The notes under the pieces were generated by a model. It searched no databases, had not been told where the DNA came from, and was given only the letters and a program-made list of their open reading frames with translations. Source: Trypanosoma brucei (Eukaryota). From it: 64,000 nt of DNA. Made by a program: the position numbers and the translations under genes. Location: the NCBI GenBank assembly GCA_000002445.1, contig CH464491.1, positions 2,464,001-2,528,000 on the forward strand. The letters are read 5' to 3'. How positions within the stretch are numbered: position 1 is the stretch's first letter; each line of letters begins with the position of its first letter. Positions 40,312-51,132 of the stretch are shown piece by piece.

Positions 40312-43014
40312 ATGAGGGTGGGGTGGACAACTCGCTCCCCAGTGAAGTCAAAATGGATATGGGAACTTGAGCCGAGCAGGCTCCGCGCTATCGACTTTTT
40401 TACCTACCGTCTCGGGCTTTTCAGCGATCCCTCCACGAAGTGTACCAGGAAGGTCGCAGTCGACGGTAGCAACGGCAAAATAAGCAATAAAAAACGAAAT
40501 GCGAATCGATTAAACAAACTGTCTGAACCTTTGAGCCCTATTCCGTCACCCTATGGCGGGGAGCTTACGAAGGCGCACAATACCGCAGGCGATGGATGCA
40601 GTAGGATTTTCTCATTCTCTCCCTTGAAGCTGATGCAACGGATGATGCGCGAGTGGGAAGAAGAGCAGCGAGAGCTTTTGTCGCGAGATGAAGAAATCCT
40701 GGCAAGGGAAGAAGCGCAAATGGCTTCTATTATGAAGCATCCATCCGCATTGTTCGGGGATGAAGCAGCGGTCCTGTACAAATTTGGCATGGGTGCCTTC
40801 GTTTCACCGAACGCACCGGGCTTCTCGGGAATTTTTCGGCAGCATTGGAAGGACTTTTTGGTCACGGAAATGGTCTACGATAGTGAGGGAGAAGATGGCA
40901 AACCACTTTCCCGCGAGCTCGATTGGACTATTCCACCACTTCCTGATTGTTTTCGTTCAGTTGATGAATCAGATACCAAATATGTGCATGGTGGCAGCAC
41001 GGCTAGCGGTGAAAACCGCATCAACAGTTTCTTTACCGTCGATATAGGAGGGCAGTTAAAACAAATAATGAAGGAAGATAGCGGCGAGGGAGATAGCAAA
41101 AGAACGGGGGTGGAACCCCTAACGGGTAATCTGTCTGGCGCAGCCTCACGAAATAAATCTCGACTAGAGGGAAACGGCCAGGATGAGGATTCGAGCGAAT
41201 TTAGGACGGGGAAGTTTTACCTTCAGTGCTACCTCCGTAAGCAGCATATTGCACACAGCGTCGCGCTCTCCAACATCGCTCAAACTCTTCGAATGCACCC
41301 CTCCTGTATATCCGTAGCCGGTATTAAGGACTACATTGGGGACACGCTGCAAAGGGTCCGGTTGCAAAATGTCACTCCAGCATCAGCGCTAGAAGCAAAT
41401 CGTGTCTTCCGCAAGAAGAAGTGGGCAATGACCCTTTCCGACTTCTCATATCATACGGAACCACTATTTCCTGGGCGGCTGTTCGGTAATCACTTTAAAA
41501 TTGTCCTTCGAGATGTGACGGTGCCAAAGACATGCATTCAACAGGCGGTGTACGAGCTCCAGACGCATGGGTTCCCGAACTATTACGGATGCCAGCGGTT
41601 CTCGTGGTTTGGTGGGACTAATGATGCTGCTTTCGCTATACTAAATCAAAACTGGTTAGCTTTCGCGTTCCGCTTTCTCGGGTATACCAGTCGTGAGCTG
41701 ACACTCCGAGAACTGCTACAGCGTGAAAAAAAATATCCGAACCCAGTACAAGACGAGTATCGTCGCAATATCGTACGGCGTCTTCGATCCATCGCAATAG
41801 AACCCAGTGAATTGGATACGGCTCCATTTCTTGCATGTCCCTCCCTTGGTGCCCCGTTGACCGCTACCGATGGTGGGCCCGTGAGCAAGAAGCAAGAGTT
41901 GATACTTCTGCAGTTACAAGGTGCGTATCTTGATTTGAGCGTGATGAGTCGGCGTCTCACAGCACAGCGTCTCTGTAGCTACTTGTGGAACCAAGTGCTA
42001 ACACTTCGGCTTCACCACTTCGGTGGTAAAGAGGTTTTGGAAGGTGATATGGTTCTACCCGAGGTGCTGCGGCGTGTGCAAACCTCACCAGAAGAACGGA
42101 CTGACTGGTACCGACAGGGTATTCATCTCGTTGAAACTGAGGAAGAAAGAGAGAGAACGTCCATTATGAATGTTATTCATCCTGGTTTCTCCTTCAATTC
42201 CATGCGGTTGCCGCAGAACGCGGTAGGGGAGTATTTTCTTCAGGTGTGTCAAAAGTACCACCTGGAATGGCACAGCCGCCACTCGAGGTTGGGGATTCAC
42301 GACTTCTTTGAGCCACCGCGCCCTATTATTCGTAAACCAATGAACCTGCGGTATGACTACGACACTGAGTCATGCAAGTTGACGCTTGAATTTTCTCTTG
42401 AGCGTGGCAGCTACGCTAATGTTGTTCTTACAGAGCTCATGAAACAAGCTCGTTGTGTTGGTTCCTCTGATATTCTTACCCTTCCCGCTCCCGATGCAAT
42501 GTGGGAGTTTGGAAACCGCGATCCTGGATACGTCACATCCCTGCAAGACATATACGAAGGATTTCAAGACGGTGTTGGGTTTGTGAATGAGGAGCACGTC
42601 CTACCTTTTGTTGGGGATGTCAAGCCGTGGGACTATAATACCGGGCCGCTCTTTCTACCGGAGAGTGCAGATCCTGTGCGCAAAGCACATCGTTGGGGAT
42701 CACGGCACCTGATTCGGAATATGGCCCGCCGGGAACAAGATGAGGAGGAAATGAGGTTGCGACTATTTGAGAAACCACTCGCCAAAACACTTAAAGATGG
42801 CGAAGTGAGCTGTTACGCCGGGCACACAGTTCCCCTTCCACCCAATGCTAAGGCGAAGAAAATATTCTTTAAAGTCCTCCGCCGGCAGCGTCGCTACCCC
42901 GGGGCACCCAAAACCACGCCACGTATCAAACGCGGTGCAGAGGTTCAAAGGAGGGAAACGGCTCGTGTGCCGTTTAAAACCATTAACAAGAATACGTGGA
43001 ACGTGACGTGGTGA
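40312..43014 (+). CDS. PUS7: tRNA pseudouridine synthase, TruD/Pus7 family
   Basis: First ATG after the polypyrimidine tract is at 40312; the track start 40090 is TTG. Catalytic motif VAGIKDYIGDTLQRV (GxKD...TxQ, with the Asp). Motif HGFPNYYGCQRFSWFGG matches NYFGxQRFG. About 900 aa, with N- and C-terminal extensions as in eukaryotic Pus7. Confidence 0.8.
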   Translation: MRVGWTTRSPVKSKWIWELEPSRLRAIDFFTYRLGLFSDPSTKCTRKVAVDGSNGKISNKKRNANRLNKLSEPLSPIPSPYGGELTKAHNTAGDGCSRIFSFSPLKLMQRMMREWEEEQRELLSRDEEILAREEAQMASIMKHPSALFGDEAAVLYKFGMGAFVSPNAPGFSGIFRQHWKDFLVTEMVYDSEGEDGKPLSRELDWTIPPLPDCFRSVDESDTKYVHGGSTASGENRINSFFTVDIGGQLKQIMKEDSGEGDSKRTGVEPLTGNLSGAASRNKSRLEGNGQDEDSSEFRTGKFYLQCYLRKQHIAHSVALSNIAQTLRMHPSCISVAGIKDYIGDTLQRVRLQNVTPASALEANRVFRKKKWAMTLSDFSYHTEPLFPGRLFGNHFKIVLRDVTVPKTCIQQAVYELQTHGFPNYYGCQRFSWFGGTNDAAFAILNQNWLAFAFRFLGYTSRELTLRELLQREKKYPNPVQDEYRRNIVRRLRSIAIEPSELDTAPFLACPSLGAPLTATDGGPVSKKQELILLQLQGAYLDLSVMSRRLTAQRLCSYLWNQVLTLRLHHFGGKEVLEGDMVLPEVLRRVQTSPEERTDWYRQGIHLVETEEERERTSIMNVIHPGFSFNSMRLPQNAVGEYFLQVCQKYHLEWHSRHSRLGIHDFFEPPRPIIRKPMNLRYDYDTESCKLTLEFSLERGSYANVVLTELMKQARCVGSSDILTLPAPDAMWEFGNRDPGYVTSLQDIYEGFQDGVGFVNEEHVLPFVGDVKPWDYNTGPLFLPESADPVRKAHRWGSRHLIRNMARREQDEEEMRLRLFEKPLAKTLKDGEVSCYAGHTVPLPPNAKAKKIFFKVLRRQRRYPGAPKTTPRIKRGAEVQRRETARVPFKTINKNTWNVTW

Positions 43015-43377
43015 TGTGACTTGTTTTAAGAGTTCTGAACAGAACAAATGATCAGTAAAATGGACTTTCTTCCCTGCATTTCCCTTGTATGTGCTCGTGG
43101 GAAAGCAGGCGTGTATATTGCACACTCTGGTCGGTTCCCTTTGCTGTTCAACCTCTCTTTTTTTGTATCAATAATGCCCGTCGTTTGGTTTTGTACTTTT
43201 TTGGGAAGGGGTCAGGCCTTATAAAGGTTGGCGGCTCATTTTTCTCGCCCGTGTGCATCTAGTAATAGGCAAGCAGCAGGTTTAAATAGCTGCCCAGTAG
43301 GGTTTGAGTTGGTTCTCCCCTTTCCTCACTCGTATATAAGTTTAATTTCGTCTCTACGCATTAGTGTTTACGCACGC

Positions 43378-44013
43378 ATGTATCGCTCAGTGGGAGAAGC
43401 AGTCGGACGGACCCCTAAGCAGGACGCACCGCCATACGACCCCTCTCTTTGGGAAGGAAAGGATTGTGCATTCATCACAGTTCTGAAAGAGGCTCATGAA
43501 AGGCAACAACGGCAGGAGCGCCACCGCGACGCACAGCACGGCGGAGTCGACGAGGCTGGCTTGGCGGCTCCCCACACCTCCCATATTCAGCTGACATACA
43601 CACCAACAAGTTGGTGGGAAAGGCTTATGTTGAAATTGTTCCCTCGGTATTATGCCTTACGGGTCATGGCAAATAGTGATATTTCCCGACTGAGCAATGA
43701 AGAACTTGTAATGCGGATGCATCTCGCCCTTCAGGCGGGAGACGGTGATTTCTCTGCCCTCATAGCGCAGGAGTTGGCTCGGAGACGTGTGTATCTGTAC
43801 CGAGAGGAGGTTACCACTGTGAATACAACCCCTGGGGGTGCGGCAGTTAGGCGAAACAACTATAGAGGGATGGGAAGTTCTGACGAAGGGGTTGGTATTA
43901 TGCGTGCGAGGTATTCGGACAGTGCAGTAAAGCAAGGTGCCGTCAGCCATGTTGCAGATTCGTCATTTACGGTGCCAGAGTTTCTGCTGAGGCGTCCCTC
44001 ATACGGTGGATGA
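43378..44013 (+). CDS. Hypothetical protein (211 aa)
   Basis: First ATG at 43378; the track start 43228 is TTG. Helical and charged composition. No motif recognised. Confidence 0.4.
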   Translation: MYRSVGEAVGRTPKQDAPPYDPSLWEGKDCAFITVLKEAHERQQRQERHRDAQHGGVDEAGLAAPHTSHIQLTYTPTSWWERLMLKLFPRYYALRVMANSDISRLSNEELVMRMHLALQAGDGDFSALIAQELARRRVYLYREEVTTVNTTPGGAAVRRNNYRGMGSSDEGVGIMRARYSDSAVKQGAVSHVADSSFTVPEFLLRRPSYGG

Positions 44014-44423
44014 GGTTTCCGCTGCTTTCGGCTGCCCGTACACGTGGACACAACCGCAGCATGGCAGGCAAAGGGCTGGGAAAGGAGAAGCTGGGACACT
44101 GAAGTAAGTAAATGCTGGAAAAGAGGTAAATCGCGGTGGTGTTACATTACTACAAAACTCAGGTTGCACTGGCAGCTGAATTTTTTCACTCCTCTGTGCA
44201 TGGTGTCTTGTTTGAGGGAGATGATGTAGCTTCAAACTCGTTAATTCCTGTTGTTTTGATTCCTTGGAAAGGATTTGGTGAGCACGCTCACATGGTTCTC
44301 TTTTGTGTTTGTTTGTTTTCCCTTCGCACACGCCTACAACGTAAGACACACCAATTCACCACGAGGCGGCACGCCCTCAGCTCCGCACGGTCCTCCCGTG
44401 TTGGTGTGCACGCAGGCCTGACG

Positions 44424-47321
44424 ATGACAGAGGACGAGGAACCATATGTTATGGCCTTCGAGCCCTACACAGTGCAGAGGGAAATGATGCGAACTGTTCA
44501 TTTGGCTCTTAATTCCTGGCCTCGGCACACCCCCATTGCGGCGATTGAGGTTCCCACCGGGTGTGGAAAGACGCTGGCATTGCTTTCAAGCGTGTTGCGC
44601 TACCAGGCAGGGTTGGAGAAACACACACCACAGGAGCTGGAGCAGCACTTTCGCCTGCGGAGGTGTAGGGGTCCCCCAGTGTTGCCCTCATTGTCAAGAA
44701 CGGAAATGTCGTCACGTAAATGGTGCCACTGCAAGGAAGACAGTAAACACAGTGAAGAGTCGAATGGTTTGAAAGCAAATACAGCGGACGGTGAAGAAGC
44801 TTGGCGTGTGTCGTCGTTATTTCTGAGGCAGTTCAGGCCACCGAACGGCAAACGTCTGCGTGTTGAGCTAGTAACTGAAGGATCGTTGGAACTCCGCAAG
44901 CAGCATCAATCGCCGCCATGTACGATTTTTTACGTGACGCGTACGCACGCGCAGCTTCGACAGTGTGTGGGGGAACTGCGTAAACTCAAAGGTCTGGAGA
45001 GACTGAAAATGAATATCCTGGGAAGCCGCAAGCAATACTGCATAAACCAACATGTGCTGAAGGCGTGTGCAAACAAGACGCTTCCTATAGAGGGAAACAA
45101 CCTTGGTGAAGTCTGTGACAAGCTTGTGTCTCTCGGTCAGTGCGAAGCCGTTCATGGCTACGGTGTCCTTGGTAGTAAGGCTATAACTCACCCCCTGAGC
45201 CAAGGACGGAGTGACAAAGTGTGGGATATTGAAGATTTGGTAACCGAAGGTGTAGGAATGGAGTGTTGTCCGTATTATGCCGCGAGAGACCTTGTCTTCT
45301 TCGCCCACATCAACTTTGCCACGTATCAGTATCTTCTGGACCCGCTCATTCGTCATGAGTGCAAGATGGAGGCTGCCCTAAAAAATCACTCCATCATTAT
45401 CTTTGATGAGGCACACAACGTCCCGCAAGTGTGTCAAGATGCATTATCCGTAGAGACGTCAGTGGACACGCTCCGTCTCATCCTAAATGAGATCGAGCCT
45501 CTAATACAACCCACTGTGGCGGTGGCGACGCTCAGCTACCCGCGCGAGTTCAAACTAACCAAATGGACACTTGTGGAGCTACTTTCCCTACTGTATGACG
45601 TATTCAAAGCCGTCACAGAGTTCGTGTCACCTGCGCAACCGTCGGTAAAAACGCAGCGTGGGGTACACTCCCGGCCGGTGGGGGGACAAGATGTCGAGGA
45701 AAGTGAAAGTAACCATGACGTTGAGAACAACGCAATCTTTCCAGGCGAAACCCTCGCAGAAGTGTTACGCCGCTGCATTACGGATTACATACCGATCGCT
45801 TCTAGCTGCAGCCGTCGAGGGTATGGGACCGCAGAGAGTTCAGCATCGAAAGACGGTGTAGCGATGTTTCGGCAAGTTTACGGGATTATAATGTCTCTGG
45901 GGGTCACCTTTAATCCATTCCAGTTCTCCATTTTTTGTCTTTCACTTATGAAGCGTTGGATCCTCATCATGCGCTTTATCATCCAGAAACCGAGCGCCTT
46001 TGTCCTCAGCATCAGTGACCCATTGCCAGAAAAAAACCGTAACGGTCAAGACAGCGTCCCAAGCAGTGAGGCTGGCGGCAACACCGAGGGGGTTGAGTCA
46101 GCTGTGCCATCACGAAGAATTGTTGGTATCCGATGTTTGGATGGTAGTTTGGCATTTCAGCACATCTTGAGTACCGCTCACCGTGTTGTGTTGGCCTCCG
46201 GGACACTTGCGCCGTTTCATCAGTTGGGACGAGACTTGGGAATACCACCTTCCAGTATGGCAACTTATGAAGGATTGCATGTGGCACAGAAGCATCAGTA
46301 TCGATTGGGGGTTCTCACACATACTGTGGATGCCACTCCGTTGCACTGTACCTACGGGAGTTTGAAGGATCCTTCTTTCATTAGTCAGCTTGTGGAGACA
46401 CTCGCTATGCTTGTTGAAAAAGTGGAACTTGGAGGTGTTCTCGTCTTCATGCCCAACTACACCGTAATGAAAACCATCGGGTTGCAGCTCATTTCTCGTT
46501 ACCGTGACGCAGCCCGTCAGATGGAAGGAACACCAAAGTCTTCTAGGTTCCCGCAGGTTTTCCTCGAGAGTCAGTCAGCAGCTGATTTCCCTTCAGTGCT
46601 AGATAGCTTCCGAAAGGCTACAGTTCGTGGCCCAGCCGTTTTCGCCTCTGTTTTTCGAGCGAAAGTGAGTGAAGGGATTGACTTCGCGGATTGCATGGCC
46701 CGTCTTGTCGTGTGTGTGGGAGTCCCTTTACAGCCGTTGAAATCGTGGACGGTGCAAGCACAGAGGAGATACAGTGGGGAGGAGTGGTACGTAAATGATG
46801 CGGTCCGCGCTGTTAATCAAGCCCTTGGACGCTGCATACGTCACTCACGAGATTTCGGTGCGATGGTCCTGTTGGACGACCGTTTTGAACAAATGAACCT
46901 TCAGCAATCCCTGTCAAGATGGTGCCGCGAGGAGTTGAGGGTCCACCACTCACACGCGTCGTTAGCGGATGATCTTCATGAGTTCTTTCGCACTTGCAGG
47001 GGGGGAAATGCAATAGCGAAGGATTCTCATCTCAGAGAAAACGTAAGCGGTGGAAATACCAGCCAAGGAGAAGAACTGTATTGCCGGTCACTGGAAAAAG
47101 AAAACGTCCCTCCCCCCATTAAGGAAGAACGAGTGACCAGCATCTTGGATGCACCCTTTCTCATGGGGCCTGTACTGAAGCCGAAGGTTCCAACTTACAC
47201 ACGACAGTTGAGTTGCACCGCATTAAAACTCATGTACGAAGCCCATGATGATGTCTCCCAAGTTACAGCCGAAGAGCTTCGTGAGGCACTGCGACTCTTG
47301 GAGGACGGGTTTCCGCAGTGA
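44424..47321 (+). CDS. Fe-S-cluster DNA helicase of the Rad3/XPD/RTEL1/FANCJ/Chl1 superfamily-2 family
   Basis: ATG at 44424 after a polypyrimidine tract; the track start 44136 is GTG. N-terminus FEPYTVQREMM...PTGCGKTLALLSSVL (Walker A). Four-Cys Fe-S insert CINQH...CANK...CDKL...CEA. DEAH box IIFDEAHNV. C-terminal helicase motifs VFMPNY, EGIDFAD, ALGRCIRHSRDFGAMVLLD. Confidence 0.8.
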   Translation: MTEDEEPYVMAFEPYTVQREMMRTVHLALNSWPRHTPIAAIEVPTGCGKTLALLSSVLRYQAGLEKHTPQELEQHFRLRRCRGPPVLPSLSRTEMSSRKWCHCKEDSKHSEESNGLKANTADGEEAWRVSSLFLRQFRPPNGKRLRVELVTEGSLELRKQHQSPPCTIFYVTRTHAQLRQCVGELRKLKGLERLKMNILGSRKQYCINQHVLKACANKTLPIEGNNLGEVCDKLVSLGQCEAVHGYGVLGSKAITHPLSQGRSDKVWDIEDLVTEGVGMECCPYYAARDLVFFAHINFATYQYLLDPLIRHECKMEAALKNHSIIIFDEAHNVPQVCQDALSVETSVDTLRLILNEIEPLIQPTVAVATLSYPREFKLTKWTLVELLSLLYDVFKAVTEFVSPAQPSVKTQRGVHSRPVGGQDVEESESNHDVENNAIFPGETLAEVLRRCITDYIPIASSCSRRGYGTAESSASKDGVAMFRQVYGIIMSLGVTFNPFQFSIFCLSLMKRWILIMRFIIQKPSAFVLSISDPLPEKNRNGQDSVPSSEAGGNTEGVESAVPSRRIVGIRCLDGSLAFQHILSTAHRVVLASGTLAPFHQLGRDLGIPPSSMATYEGLHVAQKHQYRLGVLTHTVDATPLHCTYGSLKDPSFISQLVETLAMLVEKVELGGVLVFMPNYTVMKTIGLQLISRYRDAARQMEGTPKSSRFPQVFLESQSAADFPSVLDSFRKATVRGPAVFASVFRAKVSEGIDFADCMARLVVCVGVPLQPLKSWTVQAQRRYSGEEWYVNDAVRAVNQALGRCIRHSRDFGAMVLLDDRFEQMNLQQSLSRWCREELRVHHSHASLADDLHEFFRTCRGGNAIAKDSHLRENVSGGNTSQGEELYCRSLEKENVPPPIKEERVTSILDAPFLMGPVLKPKVPTYTRQLSCTALKLMYEAHDDVSQVTAEELREALRLLEDGFPQ

Positions 47322-48155
47322 CACAGTAGGCAGTTGTTATTTTGATATTAAGCTTTTTTCCTTGGTGGGCATCCCGCACACCGTCTACACCTTGTGTTTC
47401 CTTGGTAAGTGAACCATCGCTTAATAATTCGTGGGTTCGCTAGAACCTCAAGTTCGATGGCGGAGGTCAATGCCTGCCCCTGAGCACCCTGATGCGGAAA
47501 ATAGACCCGCTAACAATGTTGCGTGTTGATTCCGGTTCTACAGAAAGTTGAAAAGGCACCCATCTGGGGGATGCAGCGAGGGGCGAGTAAACTCATGCAA
47601 AATGGGTCGAAGAACATCGCAAAACGAAGGTAGACACCGGCTTTTCTGCCGGTTCACTGCCGACCTCCATATCACTACTCTTATCTGGAGGCATAGAATA
47701 CAGGAAAACTGGTGAGACTGCGCGGTTACGGTAAGATTATTAAACTCTGATGCGTGGTTTCTGGTGCCAGGATTTGTTTCAGATGGCAGTTTAGGCGTCA
47801 ACATTTGTCTCATAGAAAGGCTTTGCGCGCATGAGTCACCACTTTTCCCGAAACACCAACAAGAGAGTATTCCCTTGGTGTTTCCAGTTGACCCCTATGT
47901 GTACCTTGTTGTTGTACATTTACTTTTGACACGGTCAACACCTTCCCACCGAGTTGTATGGTGGGTGGGCTAAAAAGTTGCGTGGATTTTTGTATTCCAC
48001 GTTTTGTTGTTGCTATTCGCGGGTGCGAAGCTCTTTGATATGCGTTGCTCTCCTCCCCTCTTCCTCGGCCCACGCTATGTTTTACTTCTTTGCAAACCCT
48101 CTTTACGCGTTGACTACGCTGGCAACAAGGCTGAGAGATCGCCGGAATCCTTAAA

Positions 48156-49202
48156 ATGGAGTGGGTTCCGTGCACCGAGCAGACGGGGTCGGTGGGCTGC
48201 CGCGAGGGGCACTGCGCAACCTCTCTTCAAGAAAAAAGTACTGGAGAAGAATGGGTTTTGGTTGTTGGGGGATATTGCGAAGGGGAGCGCGACGGCGCGG
48301 TTATGGCAGCGCGAGCAGATGGACTGCCGATGCTACGATGGGTTCGGCTGGATAAGCCCAACATGACGTGGTTCGAATGTGATGGGGCTTCGCTAACGCA
48401 CGTAACTGGCGACACCGCCTACTTCTTTGGTGGATTAAACGAGCACATGAATCACAGTAATCAGTTACTCTGTCTTTCCCTGCATCAGGGGCAACAGGGT
48501 GATCTTTCCCTCGATGTGGTGAAGGTAGAGACAACAGGAGACGTCCCTCTTCCGCGCGCGAGGCATTCAGCTGGTAGTGCCGGGCGGTATTTCGTTGTGT
48601 TCGGTGGTGAAACGGAAGATGCTGAACAAAATAATGACGGATACATCCTGGACACCGACACAATGGTATGGACACGAATTCCAACAGGGCACCAGGTGCC
48701 CAATCCACGACTTCTCGCCGGCCCTCTTGTGTTCTACTCACCCCACGGGTGCATACTTTACGGTGGGGCACACTTTGTGAACGGCGATATAAGGAGTATG
48801 TCTGACGTGTGGAACCTGCACATCCCGCTGGGAGGCACATGGTTTAACGTTTCCTATGGGGACGGCGCCCCCGCCTGTCGCTTCCCGAGGTCGAATGGTC
48901 ACGCCGGTGGCGTTCTGGGGCGGGTTGGGGGAGAAACTGTAGTGTTGTTTGTTGGAGGAAAGGATGCCGCTGAGGGGTGTGACAGAGTAAAACAGGTGCA
49001 GCCTCCGAAATCTGCTGAAGACAAATTCCATCTTCGTCTGGTAGACCCCGTGTTGGCTGGTGGTGAGGGCCCGCACTGGCGGTACACACCAGCAGCGGTA
49101 GATACACGACGTGGCGTATTGCTTTTGGGTGGTCAGTGCCGTCATCCACAGGAGGTTGCTGCCTTCCTACTAAAGCAGACGGGTGTTACTTTGCAACGGT
49201 AA
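48156..49202 (+). CDS. Kelch-repeat (beta-propeller) protein
   Basis: ATG at 48156, 348 aa. Repeated units of hydrophobic strand, then GG, then aromatic (VLVVGGY..., YFFGG, YFVVFGGE, ILYGG, VLFVGG, VLLLGG), typical of Kelch/galactose-oxidase propeller blades. Confidence 0.7.
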   Translation: MEWVPCTEQTGSVGCREGHCATSLQEKSTGEEWVLVVGGYCEGERDGAVMAARADGLPMLRWVRLDKPNMTWFECDGASLTHVTGDTAYFFGGLNEHMNHSNQLLCLSLHQGQQGDLSLDVVKVETTGDVPLPRARHSAGSAGRYFVVFGGETEDAEQNNDGYILDTDTMVWTRIPTGHQVPNPRLLAGPLVFYSPHGCILYGGAHFVNGDIRSMSDVWNLHIPLGGTWFNVSYGDGAPACRFPRSNGHAGGVLGRVGGETVVLFVGGKDAAEGCDRVKQVQPPKSAEDKFHLRLVDPVLAGGEGPHWRYTPAAVDTRRGVLLLGGQCRHPQEVAAFLLKQTGVTLQR

Positions 49203-49537
49203 CAAATAATCAACAAGGTGGAATCAGTGGAGACAATTTGGAGAGATAGTGCAGTACTGCGCCCTACTGAATTCGGGGTTGTTTCGTTATTATCGTTTAC
49301 GTTTCGTACGCATTTCTTGTTTGTCTTCGCTTTTTTTGGATATGCGTGATGTGGCGCGTCGTTTTCACACAGCCTTTTTCCCTAATGTTAGCCCTCCAAA
49401 CCCTCACCCCCTCAATCTGAAGAAAAAGAGAGGGGCTTTCGTATCCTCAGGACTCGACCGCAAGTATGTCTTTAATTTTTTTTTGTATCATCCCTCATCC
49501 GTTCACCCGCACAAAGTGTTCCAAGGTGTCGATCATC

Positions 49538-50731
49538 ATGCAGATGTTGGCCCCTGGTGCTTTCTTCAACGCATTAAAGGTCCGGGGGGTTACACACTTT
49601 TTTGGAGTTCCTGACCCCATTCTAAAATATTTCTGTGCCTTCGTGGCAAGTCACACGACACCGAAGGAACACATCATCACAGCAAACGAAGGGAATGCAG
49701 TGGCCATGGCTGCAGGTTACCATCTTGCAACTGGGGGACTCCCTTTGGTGTACATGAAAAACAGTGGCTTAGGCGATGCACTCAATCCCCTGATCTCTCT
49801 CACACACGCTGAGGCGTGCAGCATTCCCATGTTTATAGTCGTTGGTTGGCGAGGAGCTCCTGATGCTGGAAATGAGCTACCGTGTGCCGCAGAAGGGCGC
49901 TTGACCGAAGGAATCCTACGTGCTGCTGAGGTCCCGTATATCATTTTATCTTCTGCTTGTGGAAACGGGGAGCAGTCGATGGAAACAGCTCTGGATATGG
50001 CACTGAAGCACGTGCATAATTCAAGGACGCCCTATGCCTTTTTGGTACCACCAAACTTTTTTGAGGAATGCGCTTACGAAGGGGTTGGAGAAGGTATTGC
50101 TGAGCTTCCCATGACTCGCAGGGAGGCGGTTGAACAAGCACTGCGCCAAATAGACCGGGGAGATATAGTTGTGGGCGCCGCAAGCTTCCTTGCTCGTGAA
50201 ATCTTTGAAGTTCAGGAGTGTGCCGGGATGCGACACGGCCCACAATTCTTCCCAGTCGGCAGCATGGGTCATTGTTCTTCCGTAGCAGCGGGTATAGCAT
50301 TGGCCAAACCAGAAAGGCAAGTGTTTTGCTTTGATGGAGATGGCGCATTCCTTATGCACATGGGTTCATCAGCAACCATCGGCGGTGTAGCCGCCATACA
50401 TTTAATAGGTACGGGCGAAACTTCCCTCATGCGCAACTACAAACATGTCGTTTTCAACAACGGATCCCACGATTCGGCAGGTGGTCAACCCACTGTGTCT
50501 TTTGATGTATCCCTCACGCAAGTGGCGAGTGCGTGTGGTTTTAGGACTGTCCGCGAAGAACCCGTAATGGACCTTGGCGAAACTGTGCGGGCCCTTCAGG
50601 AATTAAAGAAGGCGGAAGGGCCCGCGTTCTTGGAAGTATTTGTGCGAAGGGGCGGCCATTCAAACCCACAATGTGAACTTCCCTCTTTAGATGAGAGCAA
50701 ACAAGCTCTCACTAACTGCTTGAGGGGCTAG
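49538..50731 (+). CDS. Phosphonopyruvate decarboxylase-like thiamine-diphosphate enzyme (Ppd / sulfopyruvate-decarboxylase family)
   Basis: ATG at 49538 (MQMLAP...) after a polypyrimidine tract; the track ATG at 49466 is less likely. N-terminal pyrimidine-binding region FFGVPDPILKY...EGNAVAMAAGYHLATG...YMKNSGLGDALNPLISL. C-terminal diphosphate-binding motif GDGAFLMHMGS...VFNNGSHDSAGGQ (GDG-x24-27-NN). Length of about 397 aa is typical of Ppd. Confidence 0.7.
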   Translation: MQMLAPGAFFNALKVRGVTHFFGVPDPILKYFCAFVASHTTPKEHIITANEGNAVAMAAGYHLATGGLPLVYMKNSGLGDALNPLISLTHAEACSIPMFIVVGWRGAPDAGNELPCAAEGRLTEGILRAAEVPYIILSSACGNGEQSMETALDMALKHVHNSRTPYAFLVPPNFFEECAYEGVGEGIAELPMTRREAVEQALRQIDRGDIVVGAASFLAREIFEVQECAGMRHGPQFFPVGSMGHCSSVAAGIALAKPERQVFCFDGDGAFLMHMGSSATIGGVAAIHLIGTGETSLMRNYKHVVFNNGSHDSAGGQPTVSFDVSLTQVASACGFRTVREEPVMDLGETVRALQELKKAEGPAFLEVFVRRGGHSNPQCELPSLDESKQALTNCLRG

Positions 50732-51132
50732 TAATATCAGAGTACGCGGAGGGTGAGAAACGGCATATATGTGGATCAACACCTCGTTTGAGCGCTATTA
50801 AACGGGTATCGGGGGGGGGGGACCTGTGGGGAAACAAAAGAGGAAGTCGCTTTATTTTCTCACAATCAAACCCAAACAATTTGGTAGTACCAATGGAAAG
50901 GGAGGAGGAGCGAGTGAACGCAAGTAGTGAAGTAGAAGGGATGAACCCAACCAACAAGTCAAATGTTATCTTCCACTGTTACCCCTCATCTCTCTAGTAA
51001 GTGACGCTCCGACGTGGCTGGGGTGAAGACAGAAGTTCTGCTCCGTACCGGCTGAAGTGCGTAGGAAAGGCAAAACTAACAAGCATTTCTCAAGCGGCCC
51101 GCAATAGAAACATCGCTGAAAAGAAAGGGGGA

